DNA of 63,956 nt, the filler included, from Callorhinchus milii (lineage: Eukaryota), in the NCBI RefSeq assembly GCF_018977255.1. It is 2 parts of 2 records of this genome, joined end to end, with 100 filler letters (N's around TTAATTAATTAA, not from the genome) between each part and the next. Parts side by side here need not be neighbours in the genome. Positions count along the whole stretch, not along the records: positions 1 to 31,952 come from NW_024705607.1; positions 32,053 to 63,956 come from NW_024705608.1. One strand, written 5' to 3'. Made by a program: the position numbers and the translations under genes. The notes under the pieces were generated by a model that had not been told where the DNA came from, searched no databases, and was given only the letters and a program-made list of their open reading frames with translations. Below are positions 25,778 to 37,360 of the stretch, one piece after another (positions within the stretch are counted from its first letter, which is position 1; every line of letters begins with the position of its first letter).

Positions 25778-28370
25778 ACAACAACAACAACAACAAGATT
25801 CCATTCATAAAGCTCCTTTCACGTCAGGAGGACGTCCCAAGGCGCTGCACAGTTGGGTCATGACCCGAGCAGGGGGCAAATAGTCAGGGTGAGGGGAGGG
25901 AAGGGAGGGAACAAGGAGGGGGGAAATGGTCAGGGTGAGGGTAGGGAAGGGAGCGAGCGAGGAGGGGAAGAGAGTCGAGAGGGGAGCTGAAGGCACGGTC
26001 AAAGAGAAAGGTTTTGAGACCGGCCTTGAAGGAGCAAAGGGAGGAGGCAAGGCGAAGGCACTGGGGGATGGAGTTCCAGAGCCTGGGGGCTGAGAGGCTG
26101 AAGGTCCGACCACCAATTGTAGGGCGGTTGGGGCGGGGGACGTGGAGCAGACCAGAGCCAGAGGAACGGAGGGTACGGGCAGGTAGGTAGGGGGATAGTA
26201 GGTTGGAGAGGTAGGAGGGAGCAAGGCCGTGAATGGCCTTGTAGGTGAGGATGAGGCTCTTGAAATCAATCCTCTGGGGGATGGGGAGCCAGTGGAGGCG
26301 AGCGAGGGTGGGAGTGATGTGGTCCCGAAGCCTGGTGCGGGATAGTACACGAGCTGCAGAGTTCTGAATGACCTGCAGCTTGTGGAGGGAGGTGGCGGGA
26401 AGGCCGGCGAAGAGAGAGTTCCCGTAGTCCAGCCTTGAGGTGACAAAGGCGTGAACCAGGGTTTCAGCAGCGTGAGGGGTGAGGTAATGCCGTAGTCTGG
26501 CGATGTTCCGGAGGTGATGGAAGGCGGTGCCAGTTGTGGTGCGGATGTGAGGGAGAAAGGACAGCTCAGGGTCGAACAAAACGCCGAGGTTCCTGACTGG
26601 CTTCGAGAGGTGGAGAGTGCAGCCTTGGATGCTGATGGTGTCAGCGCCTGAGGTGCGGAGGCGCTGACGTGAGCCAATCAGGAGGGCCTCGGTTTTTCGC
26701 ACGTTGAGCTGAAGAAAGTTGTCTCTCGTCCAGGACTCGATGTCGGACAGGCAGGCTGTCAGGACATCGGTGGTCGTGGAGTTGAGAGTAGAGGAGGAAA
26801 GGTAGAGTTGGGTGTCATCCGCATACATGTGGAAGTTAACTCCATGTCTGCGGATGATGTCACCAAGGGGGAGCATGTAGAGGGTGAAGAGGAGGGGACC
26901 GAGGACAGAGCCCTGAGGGACACCACATGAGACAGTACGGGGGGTGGAGGAGAAGCCATTCGTCGAGACAAAGTGAAGACGGTGAGAAAGGTACGACATA
27001 AACCATTCAAGGACAGTGCCTTGAAGGTTGAGGTGGGAGGACAAGCGGTGGAGTAGGATAGCGTGGTCGACCGTATCGAATGCTCCCGATAGGTCGAGGA
27101 GGACGAGGAGACAGAGGGAGCCCTGGTCACAGATGGTCAGGATATCATTGGTGAACTTGACCAGGGCAGTTTCTGTGCTATGGGCAGCAAGGAAACCTGA
27201 ATGAAGGGGTTCGAAAAGAGAATGGATGGAAAGCAAAGAGCGCAGTCGGGAGGCGACAACACTTTCCAAGACCTTGGAGAGAAAGGGGAGGTTGGAGATG
27301 GCCGGTAGCTTGATAGCTGCGACGCGCCAAGGGAGGGTTTTTCCATGGTGGGCGTGATGATGGCAGTTTTTAATGGAATGGGGACAGAGCCAGAGGAGAG
27401 GGACAGGTTGATGATGTCAATGATATGTGGGGCACGAAAGTGGATCTGGGAGATAAGTAGTGGTGTGGGGATGGGGTCAAGGGAGCAGGTGGTTGGTTTT
27501 AGGGATAGGGTGAGTTCAGTGGCAGAGGGTGGGGAAACGGGTACGAAGGTGTGTAGGGGAGGATGGGTAGGAGTCGGAGTGTGGGAGGGAAGGGGTGGGT
27601 GGTTGGTGGAATTTGGAGCAGAAGTGACCGCGGAGCGGATTCCCTTGATCTTGGATTCAAGGAAATCCACCATCTCCTCGCAGTGAAGGTTGGAGGAGAT
27701 GACCTGCGCGGGGTCGCGGGGGGGACGGAATAGTCGGGTTGTGGTGGAAAACAGTAGCCTGGGGTTGTTCTTCGCCTCCAGGATTATCCTGGAGTAGAAG
27801 GACGACTTGGCCGAGGCTAGAGTGGAGCGGTAAATTTTGAGGAGGTCCAGCCAGATTTGTCGGTGGACGGTTAGGCCAGATTTGACAAAGGTGCGCTCAG
27901 CAGCCCGCACCTGGCTTTTCAGTGAGCGGAGGTGGGTGATGTACCAGGGGGAGGAGCGGGAGTAGGAGACAGTGCGGGAAATGATGGGGGCAAGAGTATC
28001 GAGTGTGGAGGAGAGGGTATTGTGGAGGAGGGAGAGAGGAGAAGAGGGGTCAGTGAGGGTTGAAGGCCAGAGGGAGAGGAGTTCAGAGGACTCCAAGGCA
28101 TCGGTTAGGGATTGTGGGGGTAACTTCTTCCAAGGGCGGTAGAAGATGGTGGTGGGTCTGGTGGAAGTGGGGAGGGGGGTGGAGGAGGTGAAGGAGATGA
28201 AGTAGTGGTCAGAGATGGCCTTGTCGGTAATAGTGACATCCGAGACACTGAGGCCCCGGGTGATCACCAAATCGAGTGGGTGGTCGTGACTGTGAGTGGG
28301 GGAGTTTATGTGTAAGGAGAGGTTGAGTGAAGAGAGCAGGGAAGAGAAGTCTGTGGAGATGGAGCAGTAA
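25778..28370 (-). mobile_element. 5'-truncated L2-clade LINE (C-terminal APE endonuclease + reverse transcriptase, frameshift near 27290)
   Basis: ORF 27137-28390: PTHSHDHPLDLVIT...SDH; ORF 25884-27269: [31 protein letters not shown]; 3' tail GGGACGTCCTCCTGACGTGAAAGG + (TTG)n. Confidence 0.95.
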
Positions 28371-29069
28371 ACGACGTCAGCAATAAACACCTTGTCTCCG
28401 ATGTTTGAATTAAACCTGCAAATGAAGGCAATGGCTTCATACGGAATGTATTTGGATTTCCAGGAAGCGTTTGATAAATTGCTGCACAGAATGTGGTGAA
28501 GACACCTATGCTCCCAAAATAAGCATAATGAATAGGATTATACAGCACAGGAGGAGGCCATTCAGCCCATGGTGTCTGTGCCGTCTTTTTAAAAGAGCTT
28601 TACTAATTAATCCGATTCACCCACTCTCTCCCCGTAGCCCCGCAAATGTGACTTCCCCAAACATTCAGCCCATCGTGTCCGTGCCAACTCTTTAAAAGAG
28701 CTGTCCAAATTAATCGTATTTCCCCACTCTCTAACCATAGACCAAAATCGAGGACTCCACCTTATCAATCATCGTCGATTCCGCCCCCACCCCAACGCCC
28801 TACACCACATCAACTCGCTCAGGACCTAATCCATGACTGCTCAGCGACTTGCGACGTCCTCGTGACGTACAAGTCGCTATACAAGTTTAGTTTCGCATTT
28901 TATGTATGCCACAAAACAACAATTGAGAGGCAGCAGAACATATTGACGGAAAGCGGTAAAATAGGTAAAAAATATATTATTGTTATAAAATTATAATTAT
29001 ATTGTTTTTATTATTGTTATATTTTTGCTACATTAGTATAATAACATTTTTTCAGTATTAGTATTATAT

Positions 29070-29600
29070 GCCCGTACCCTGCCCGTACCCGCCGTTACTC
29101 TGGCTCCGGTCTGCTCCACATCCCCCGCCCCAACCGCCCTAACATCTGTGTCCGGGCCTTCAGCGTCCCAGACCCGAGGCTCTGGAACTCCATCCCCCAG
29201 TGCCTTCGCCTTGGTTCCTCCCTTTCCTCCTTCAAGGCCGTGCCTTCAGCTCCCCTCTCCACTCTCTACCCCCTCGTCGCTCCCTCCCTTCCCTCCCCTC
29301 ACCCTGACCATTTCCCCCTTGCTCGGGTCCTGACCCAACTGTACAGCGCCTTGGAACGTCCTCCCGACGGGAAAGGCGCTCAATAAATGGAATGTTATTG
29401 TTGTTGTTGTCTCAAGACCTTTCTCTTTGACCATGCCTTTAGCTCACCTCTCAACTCTCTACCCCCTCCTCGCACCTCCATTCCCTCCCATCACCCTGAC
29501 CGTTTCCTCCCTCCGCGCTCCTTCCCTTCCCTCCCCTCAACCTGACCATTTCCCCCCTGCTCGTGTGCTGACATAACTGTCCAGTGCCTTGGGACGTGTG
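29070..29600 (+). mobile_element. rearranged L2 3'-end fragments (two partial tails)
   Basis: Homologous to the reverse complement of 25780-26190, tail GCGCCTTGGAACGTCCTCCCGACGGGAAAGGCGC + (GTT)n. Confidence 0.85.
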
Positions 29601-29812
29601 TGTGACACAGAGTCTGTTTGAGAGAGAGAGTCTATGTGACTGTGTTTCAGAGCTGCCCCTCAATCCATTCTCCTCTTAAACGAGCACGGACACTGCAGAT
29701 CAATATCATAAAGTCAGGACATGCCCCTCATTCACAGCTCAGTCAGTGAGAGAGACAGAGATAGAGAGACAGTGTGGACATGTGTCTGTCCCTGGGTCTC
29801 GGGCACACTCTG

Positions 29813-30126
29813 ACTACAGCTCCCAGGATGCCCAGCGCGGCCCCGCTCCGTGAGCAGAGGCCTCTGAGCCGTGAAGAATGCCGGGATCTGTAGTTTCCGG
29901 GGTCTGTGCCGCAGGCTGTGGCTGTGATTGTGATGTCAGAGAGAGAGGGGGGCAGTGAGAGGATGAGTGTGAGAGACAGAGAGGGATAGAGAGAGGATGA
30001 GTGTGAGAGAGAGAGGGATAGAGAGAGGATGAGTGTGTGATAGAGAGAGGGACAGATAGAGGGTGAGTGTGAGAGAGACAGGGAGGGAGCGAGAGGCGTG
30101 CTACTGATCTGCCGCCGCCATATTTT
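29813..30126. promoter_or_regulatory. CpG-rich promoter with two opposed ZNF143/THAP11-type motifs and a YY1-type motif
   Basis: ACTACAGCTCCCAGGATGC (+, 29813), ACTACAGATCCCGGCATT (-, 29877-29894), GCCGCCATATTT (30114-30125). Confidence 0.65.
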
Positions 30127-30518
30127 CTGTCTCTCACTCCCTCCTGCACCCCTTCTCTCTCATACACACCCTCTCGTTCTCTCTTTCTCTCTGTCTGTTT
30201 CTCTCACATTCACCTTCTCTTTCTTTCGCTCACAGCTTCTCGCTGTGTGTGACCCTCTCTCTCCTTTCCCTCCGACACGTGGTGACGCCAGCACGCCCCT
30301 CTCCTCCGCTTCACTGACAGGGAAGCGCCCACTTTCTCCCTGTTAACGGGTAATTGATAGGAAAGAGAGAGACATGCCCACGGTCACGGTGATTGAGAAG
30401 ACAGAGAGAGAGAGAGCCACGTCCAGTGTCTCCCTGGTAACCAGTGACTGACTGCAGAGAGAGAACCGCACTCACACTTATCCTCTGTGGTTCTCTAATC
30501 AGTGATTGACAGCAGTGA

Positions 30519-30559
<41 letters not shown>

Positions 30560-31952
30560 ACTATGATTCTCATTTTTATTGTTATTCTTCCTCCGGTTCG
30601 GAGTCAGGCGCTGCCAAAATTAAGCTCTGAGGAAATGCGCTGTGGAGAAGGAAAGGGTTCTATAATTGCCAGTTGATGTGATTATTGTTTTTTTATTATT
30701 CCTATTGTTGATATTAGTATATTATATCAGAAAATTAGTATTGTATCAGTATTAGTGGCATATTATTATTTTTAGTACAGTTTCTAATGTACATATACAT
30801 TAACATCAACTTTCAGTTATAAAGCGCTCTCCACGTGGGACTGGCGCTATATTTTTTGTGTGAAACGCAGCAGCCAACTGAACACAGCTATGACCCACAA
30901 AAAAATGTTTGAAATATAATAGTGCTGCGTTTCATCAATAAAATACAGTCACTACACTTTACAGTACAACAATAACGTCAACAAACAACAAAATTACATT
31001 TATAAAGCGGGTTACACGTCGGAAGGGCTTCCCAGTATATCCTGCGAAGCGGTTTGAATATCTGATAGGACACGATATCAAATGCAAGGATTATGATGAT
31101 TTTTAAAAATCACACTGGAGATTCGATGTGGGTTTCTACACAGAGAAACGTGGAGAATAAAAACCCTCTTTGAACACTCTGACCTTAGCTTCAGCTGTTT
31201 ATCTTTCCTTGTGGTTAAATAATTGGGCCGTTTTTGCATGGAGTTTTGTGTTGTTGGTACTTTATATCCGGTAAAGCTGCAAAGCTTAGACAATAGCAGT
31301 GATTCAGCTACCTTTGCCATTTGACATCACGTCTAATATAAAAATTTTCAAACAGCTTGAATTGAGCTGACGTGCACTCCATCATCTGGAGAAATTCCCA
31401 TCTCTTTTCCAAGTACTATCGACTACTTTAAGAGACACAGAAATCAGTGAGCTTCCTGGGAGTTCTGAGTCTCACTTTTGGAGAGACACCATAATTGCCC
31501 TCTGGATATTGATAGAGAGGATAATGTGCCTCAGATAGAGTCCTGGTTAGGTTTGATATATTCATTCTGGTGGAATTAATTATAGTTAGGTTGCCACCTG
31601 ATTTCATATGAATTACAATAATTTGCGCAAACGGTATCTGCCTGTCTTTCCTCTTGCCTGTTAATAGCTGAGTTGCAGCTTAAAAGGCAGATATGTTTGC
31701 TCCCCCTGTGGTTACCCGAGGTATTGCAGGCTGGAAGTGGCTTCCTTGTCTAATTGTAATGTTCTCAAAAACCGACAAGACAGCAGGGATGGGGAAATCT
31801 CAATTTAACTCTCTATTTCCCAAAGCAACACAAATCCCGGGACAGGTACAGCACAATAGTGGAAACATTTCGCTTTATTTACCACCTGAGCTGATAACTA
31901 ATCAGACCTTTCCAAGTAAAGAGCGTTACAGTTCCAATATCCCTCTTGAGAA

Positions 31953-32052
31953 NNNNNNNNNNNNNNNNNNNNNNNNNNNNNNNNNNNNNNNNNNNNTTAA
32001 TTAATTAANNNNNNNNNNNNNNNNNNNNNNNNNNNNNNNNNNNNNNNNNNNN
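31953..32052. other. artificial assembly/concatenation linker
   Basis: 100-nt N run with central TTAATTAATTAA (stops in all six frames). Confidence 0.95.
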
Positions 32053-33518
32053 CACAAGCAAACTCTCACTGAAGTCTTACCAGTTTATCCACTAACGAAG
32101 ACACTTACTTGTTGATGCACGGCGTGTCGATGTCCCTGTAACCAGTCTGAAGAGATCGCCACGAACTCTCCCAGTCGCCAGGCAATCGTGCTCGCCAGGC
32201 TGGGTCTCGCAGGAGAAGGGTAATCTGCAGAGCGAGGAGTTGCGCGTCTATCCTCAGCGAAATCCCTCTCGAAATGGTCTTGAGGTCTGATTTTAAGCCC
32301 CTTATAACTCCCCTCTAGCATTCAAATCCTTTGTTCTCGTCTTGGATTATCATAGACTTTGCATTCAATTGTTAATTTTTACATTAACAATCCGCATATG
32401 TAGCAACATAGCTTAGCTAATCCGGCCATTGTAATTTAACCTTACTACATATGCATATCTCACTGCATAATTGTACGCTTCCGTTTAAATAAAGATCTAC
32501 ATATCCATGCATAATTCCGTGCTTCGTGTTAATTTGCCAATATTCACCCGACAATGTCCTTTAAACTGATGCAAGTTTAGAAGATTTAACATCGACATAG
32601 AGTCTGAAGTATCTAAATGCTGATGTCCAGTTCGATATGGACTAAGAGGTGCAAATGTAAACTGTACTGACTTTGTTTTATAAAAAAAATATTTAAGTAT
32701 TTGTGTTGATATGAGCGCGTCAGCAAATCAAGGTGATTTGTTTAATTTATTTCACGACAATTATTACGATTGCTGTCATACACTTTTATTGATAATCGAA
32801 ATGGTATCGCTTGTAAGCGTGTGTGAGCAATGTCTTTCTCCAACTTTAGCTCAACAAGACCACTTAACAACGAGAGTAAAATCAGGAATTGAAACACCTC
32901 ACAACCAATGCGCATCACACCACATCAACAAGTAATCCGATAGGACGAAGCACCACCTTAACGTGACAAAGTTTGGAATCAACAAGACAGCACGCTCACA
33001 TCATTTGCTGTGCAATAATTACAACACATGCCACCTTCTAGCATAAGCATCAGCCATTACAGCAGGGAACTGTAGCCATGTGTATGTACATGGGTGTGTA
33101 CTTCTCTGTGGGTACATTCGTGTGCATGTGCACTCGTGTGTGTATTTACACTCGTTCATGGACACGTGTGGGTCTGTACACGTGTGTATGTATGTACAAT
33201 CGTGCGTGCTCGCATATTTGTGTGTGTTGAAACGCAATCCCTGAGCATACACACTGCTGTATACGTGCACATGTGTTTATGTATATTGCTGTGTGCAATT
33301 ACACTGTGCATGTATCTACACCCCGATGCATTTACACTCATTTGTGCATCTATACATATGTGTTGTATGTATAGATGCACAAATGGGTGTACGTACTCGT
33401 GTATGCATGTGCACCCGTGTGTAAGTACAAAGCGGTGTGTATGCACATTCGTGCATTTTCCTACAGCACTGTGTATGTCCACTCGTGTGTGGGTGTGTGT
33501 ACAAGGGAGTGTATATGT

Positions 33519-33817
33519 GGGGAGCGATAGTGTAGCGGTTAGCGCGCTGCGCTATGAACCCGGCGACACGGGTTCGATTCCCGCTCACGGCAAACACCAG
33601 TGACGATTATCTGAACCGGTCCCGGGCCTCCCTAGGTCGACTCAGCCTCACATGAGTACCTGGTGCGGTGTGTAAACATTGCCACTGGGGAGACAAAGGC
33701 GGTCGGGCGTGGTGCTGGCCACCCACCCCCTCGTGTACCGTTGCGGCCTTCATAGGTGCTCGCTAACAGCACTTGCCCCTACAGTCTGTTAAGGCTATAC
33801 GGGGGATATTTATCTTT
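33519..33817 (+). mobile_element. tRNA-derived SINE of a different family (copies at 38000-38299, 42479-42778, 46961-47260)
   Basis: A box TAGTGTAGCGG, B box GGTTCGATTCC, body GACTCAGCCT..ATGAGTACC..AAAGGCGGTCGGGCGTG..CTGGCCAC, tail ATTTATCTTT. Confidence 0.8.
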
Positions 33818-34087
33818 GTGTGTACAAAGCGGGGTGGATGCACATTCGTGCATTTTTCTACACCGCTGTGTATGTCCACTCGTGTGTGGTTGTGTGTACA
33901 AGGGAGTGTATATGTGTACCCATGTAAGTATGTGTAGTGGAACACACAACTTATTTTCATATTGTGTCGTACAATGAATTGAGGGGCAACGTGGTGATGA
34001 ATGCGGCACCACAACAGGGAACTACAGGGATGAGACTCCCCGCTCGTGGTGCTCAATGAATGAAAACAGCGCCACTGAGCGGACAGA

Positions 34088-34175
34088 GCCCCGCCCCTAC
34101 AGCTCGTGCGTGTGACGTCATGAGTGTGACGTCATGAGTGTGATCAGCGGACAGCCACGATGCTGCCAGGTGAGG
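34088..34175. promoter_or_regulatory. GC box plus two CRE palindromes in each tandem unit (also ~38570, ~43049, ~47531)
   Basis: GCCCCGCCCC, TGACGTCA x2 (34113, 34127), followed by CCACGATGCTGCCAG|GTGAG. Confidence 0.55.
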
Positions 34176-35500
34176 GTGAACTTGTGTGATGGAGATGCTT
34201 CACCTGAAACTCGCCTCCACACGTGTTCGCTATGAACATTGTAGCAATAAGGGACGATTAGTCATCTTTAACATGTCAGGTCTTTATTGTTCTGCAAGTA
34301 AATTAACCTTCTTGGTTCTTTCTGTAAAGTCACGAAGAAGGGAAATAATAAAATAATAAAAATAAAACATAATACAATTATTTTATTATGTTTTATTTTC
34401 TTCTTCATCTTCTTGGTTCTTTCGGTAAAGTCACGTAGAAGGGAAATAATAAAATAAAATAAATAATTTTATAAAGTTATTTTATTCGGTTGAAAATTAT
34501 TTTTTTATTATTTAATAAAAATAAAACAATAAAAATAATTTTATAAAAAAATGTATTGTTTTATTTTTATTATTTTATTTCCCTTCTTCAATAAGGGACG
34601 ATTAGTCATCTTTAACATGTCAGGTCTTTATTGTTCTGCAAGTAAATTACAGTTAAAACTCGTAGAAACACATGCACACTCGTGTGTGAATGCACATCGC
34701 TGTATAGACAGTCGTGTTTATAAGCACACTTGTGTGTGTATGTCTACTCGTCCGTGTTTTTTAAAGGAAAAATATGGTTGAAATAACGTACGATCAGTCA
34801 TCTTTAAAAACAATTCAGGTCTTTATTAATCTGCAAGAAAATTCACGTTAATACTCGTATCGAAATCTTTATTAATACGCTTGCTCAAACAGGAAGGAAC
34901 TAGGCAAATTATATCCCAATAGGAATTCAACAGTTAAAACATATTCTTAAAATCTAACACGTAAACGTCGATTTCCCCATTGACGTCTTTTTCGACTGAA
35001 GCCATTCGTCCAGAAGTCCAAGTCATCAAACACAAGAACAACGAACGTGCAATCCACACACACTCTGACACCTATTATTTTAAGTTATTTTATTTATTAC
35101 ACAATGATAAAAAAATTAAAGAACATGTTTAAAATATTGAGCAAAGTTGTGATCACAGTATTTCTCCAACTTTAGCTCAACAAAACCACTTAACCACGAG
35201 AGTAAAATTAGAAATTGAACCACCACACAACCGCTGCGCTTCACAACACATCAACAAGTAGTCCGATAGGACTACAAAGCACCACCTTAACGTGACGAAG
35301 TCTAGAATAAACTTTAACACGCAATTAGCTGTGAGAAGATGACATGGCACCTTCTACCATAAACACCACACATTTACCAGTCCCGATGATACAACCACCA
35401 GACGAAGCAACGCATCTATAGAAGTATAACATTGTTGTCATCCTGAAATAAGTGAACACTTCTGGAACTTAAAAGGAATACGTTCATCTGAACACATTAT

Positions 35501-37360
35501 NNNNNNNNNNNNNNNNNNNNNNNNNNNNNNGCAGCCACACGCAGCTGATACTCAGCAAGCGGATCTGGCAACGTTCTTCCCGGACCATTTAGGCGGAAAT
35601 CTTGCAGCACGCGGTTCGTCCGCCTCTATAAATAATCGATCGACGACCACACCAATAAAGACCAAGTTTGGTAACAAATTGAACAGAGGATTGCACCGTC
35701 CCCGCTTGGTTATAACACACAATCACAACAGTGCACTGCTGGAACAATGGGGCTCTATGCGCACCCGTAGCATTTAAGACCTATCCCTAAAACTGGCTGC
35801 TACGGGTAGTCAGAAAGCGACAGCCTAAGAGTGCACAGTCCTACCATAGGAGTCCTCCCTGCCTGGTATCGAATGGGAAGTCGGTTGGCGCTAGTTCGTA
35901 ACCAGAGGTGATTCCCTGAGGGTTTATCGTCGATTACGATAGCTAGAAAATGACAGTACGACGATCCCAACTAGACTGCGAGAATAAGCCTAAGAAGCGA
36001 TATCACCGATCGAGACGTGTGCGAGACGCTACACACTGGGTACGCTTGTTCCGGAACAAAATGATCGGTTGCACGGCTCAAGTGCTCAATTTTAGAAAAG
36101 GAAATAACAGCCTAGAATATTGAGTAAATCGTCTATACATATGACTTTCTTCATTAAAGAGCTGACAAGTAGGAAGAGGACGCTGAGTCACTCGAATCCC
36201 ACGTGAACGCCATATTTTCGAGGTACTCCCTGAGATAATTTGAGGATATGGCAAGGATTGGCCACGAAAGTCTGTTGCTAACCCCTCGTATCCTAGCAAT
36301 TATTTTTATTCAAGGGCTGGGTCACTATACGGGGTTCTCACCTGCGAACTCGAGTTAATTAATATTGACTGAGTGAAGGCGCGATCTAAGTAAGCGTTCC
36401 TCACCGAGTTATCCGGAATTCATCGATCCGGGTAGAAAAGTATATCGCCTCTGGAAAACTTGGCTAGAACTCACACTACCATTTTGAAGGGGTAACACCG
36501 CCGCAACGAGGAAAGCACGCTAGAAACTCAGCCAGCGCAATGACCGCAGCGATTACAAGATGGGTTGTCGTCGGTAACTCCATTGGACTGGACATAAGGT
36601 CCAAAGCGTAGGGACATGAGGAATGCACACAGTTGCCCCGAAGGATCCAAGACGGCAGCCATCCCGGATCCAATCAGAAGCCGAGATGCTACCCACCATA
36701 CGTTCATAATTCCACATGGAGTGATACTCAATGGGAGAGGACCACCATTCTTCATATTCGGTGCTCGAATGATGTAAATCTCTGCCCGATAACATATCTG
36801 CAACAAGTCTACCGTGATTGCAAGAATATAAGGGACCGATCCCCCCGCCGGCTGGCGCGGATATCTGCCCGAAGTGGCACCCCTGCATCGCATCGTCGAG
36901 GGCCCGTGTAGATAGTCCTCAGCGCGTTCTCCAGACGGACTATTAGACTGTGGAACCGGAAGTCAATCGTTGCTTTTCTCAGCCGTTATGAGTGTGCTAA
37001 GCTGAATACGATCGACTGGGCCTGTCCCGCGGTGGTGATTCGCACACCGATCCAGGCGGCGTAATCTCCCCCATCGAGGAGCGAAGCAAACATGGCCCAT
37101 TCAAACCGGATGCAGCGCACTTCTATTCGTTGGAAAATGCTAAATTCCCCCTGCCTTTGCTGCAATTAGGCTACCTATTGGACGAAAGCTTGACGTTAAG
37201 CGGTCCGCAAGTCGGTCGGGCTGAATCGCTGTTGCGCCCTCGACCTTCTGAACAGCTGGGAAAATCCATGTGCCATAGCACTTGGTACTCACAGCACTGT
37301 GAAGTGTATATATCAGGGGAGTACGTCAGACATTGACGCTTAATGCTATTATTAGTAGGT
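35501..37360. other. 30 N plus 1830-nt foreign, random-looking block replacing part of the tandem array
   Basis: No similarity to the other units; flanks resume in register; about 50% GC, CpG not depleted, no recognisable ORF or repeat. Confidence 0.85.

Noticed and set aside
25805..26677. 290-aa Ser/Pro-rich ORF
   Set aside because: Alternative frame of the C-rich L2 RT region
33019..34056. Cys/His-rich ORFs repeated in each tandem unit
   Set aside because: Translation of TG/CA-rich low-complexity DNA and a SINE
35532..36206. Long frame if TAA/TAG were read as Gln
   Set aside because: The translation resembles nothing I recognise, and a TGA-free run of this length is plausible by chance over six frames
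36078..37336. Short ORFs in the foreign block
   Set aside because: They overlap on both strands, have random-like composition and carry no motifs
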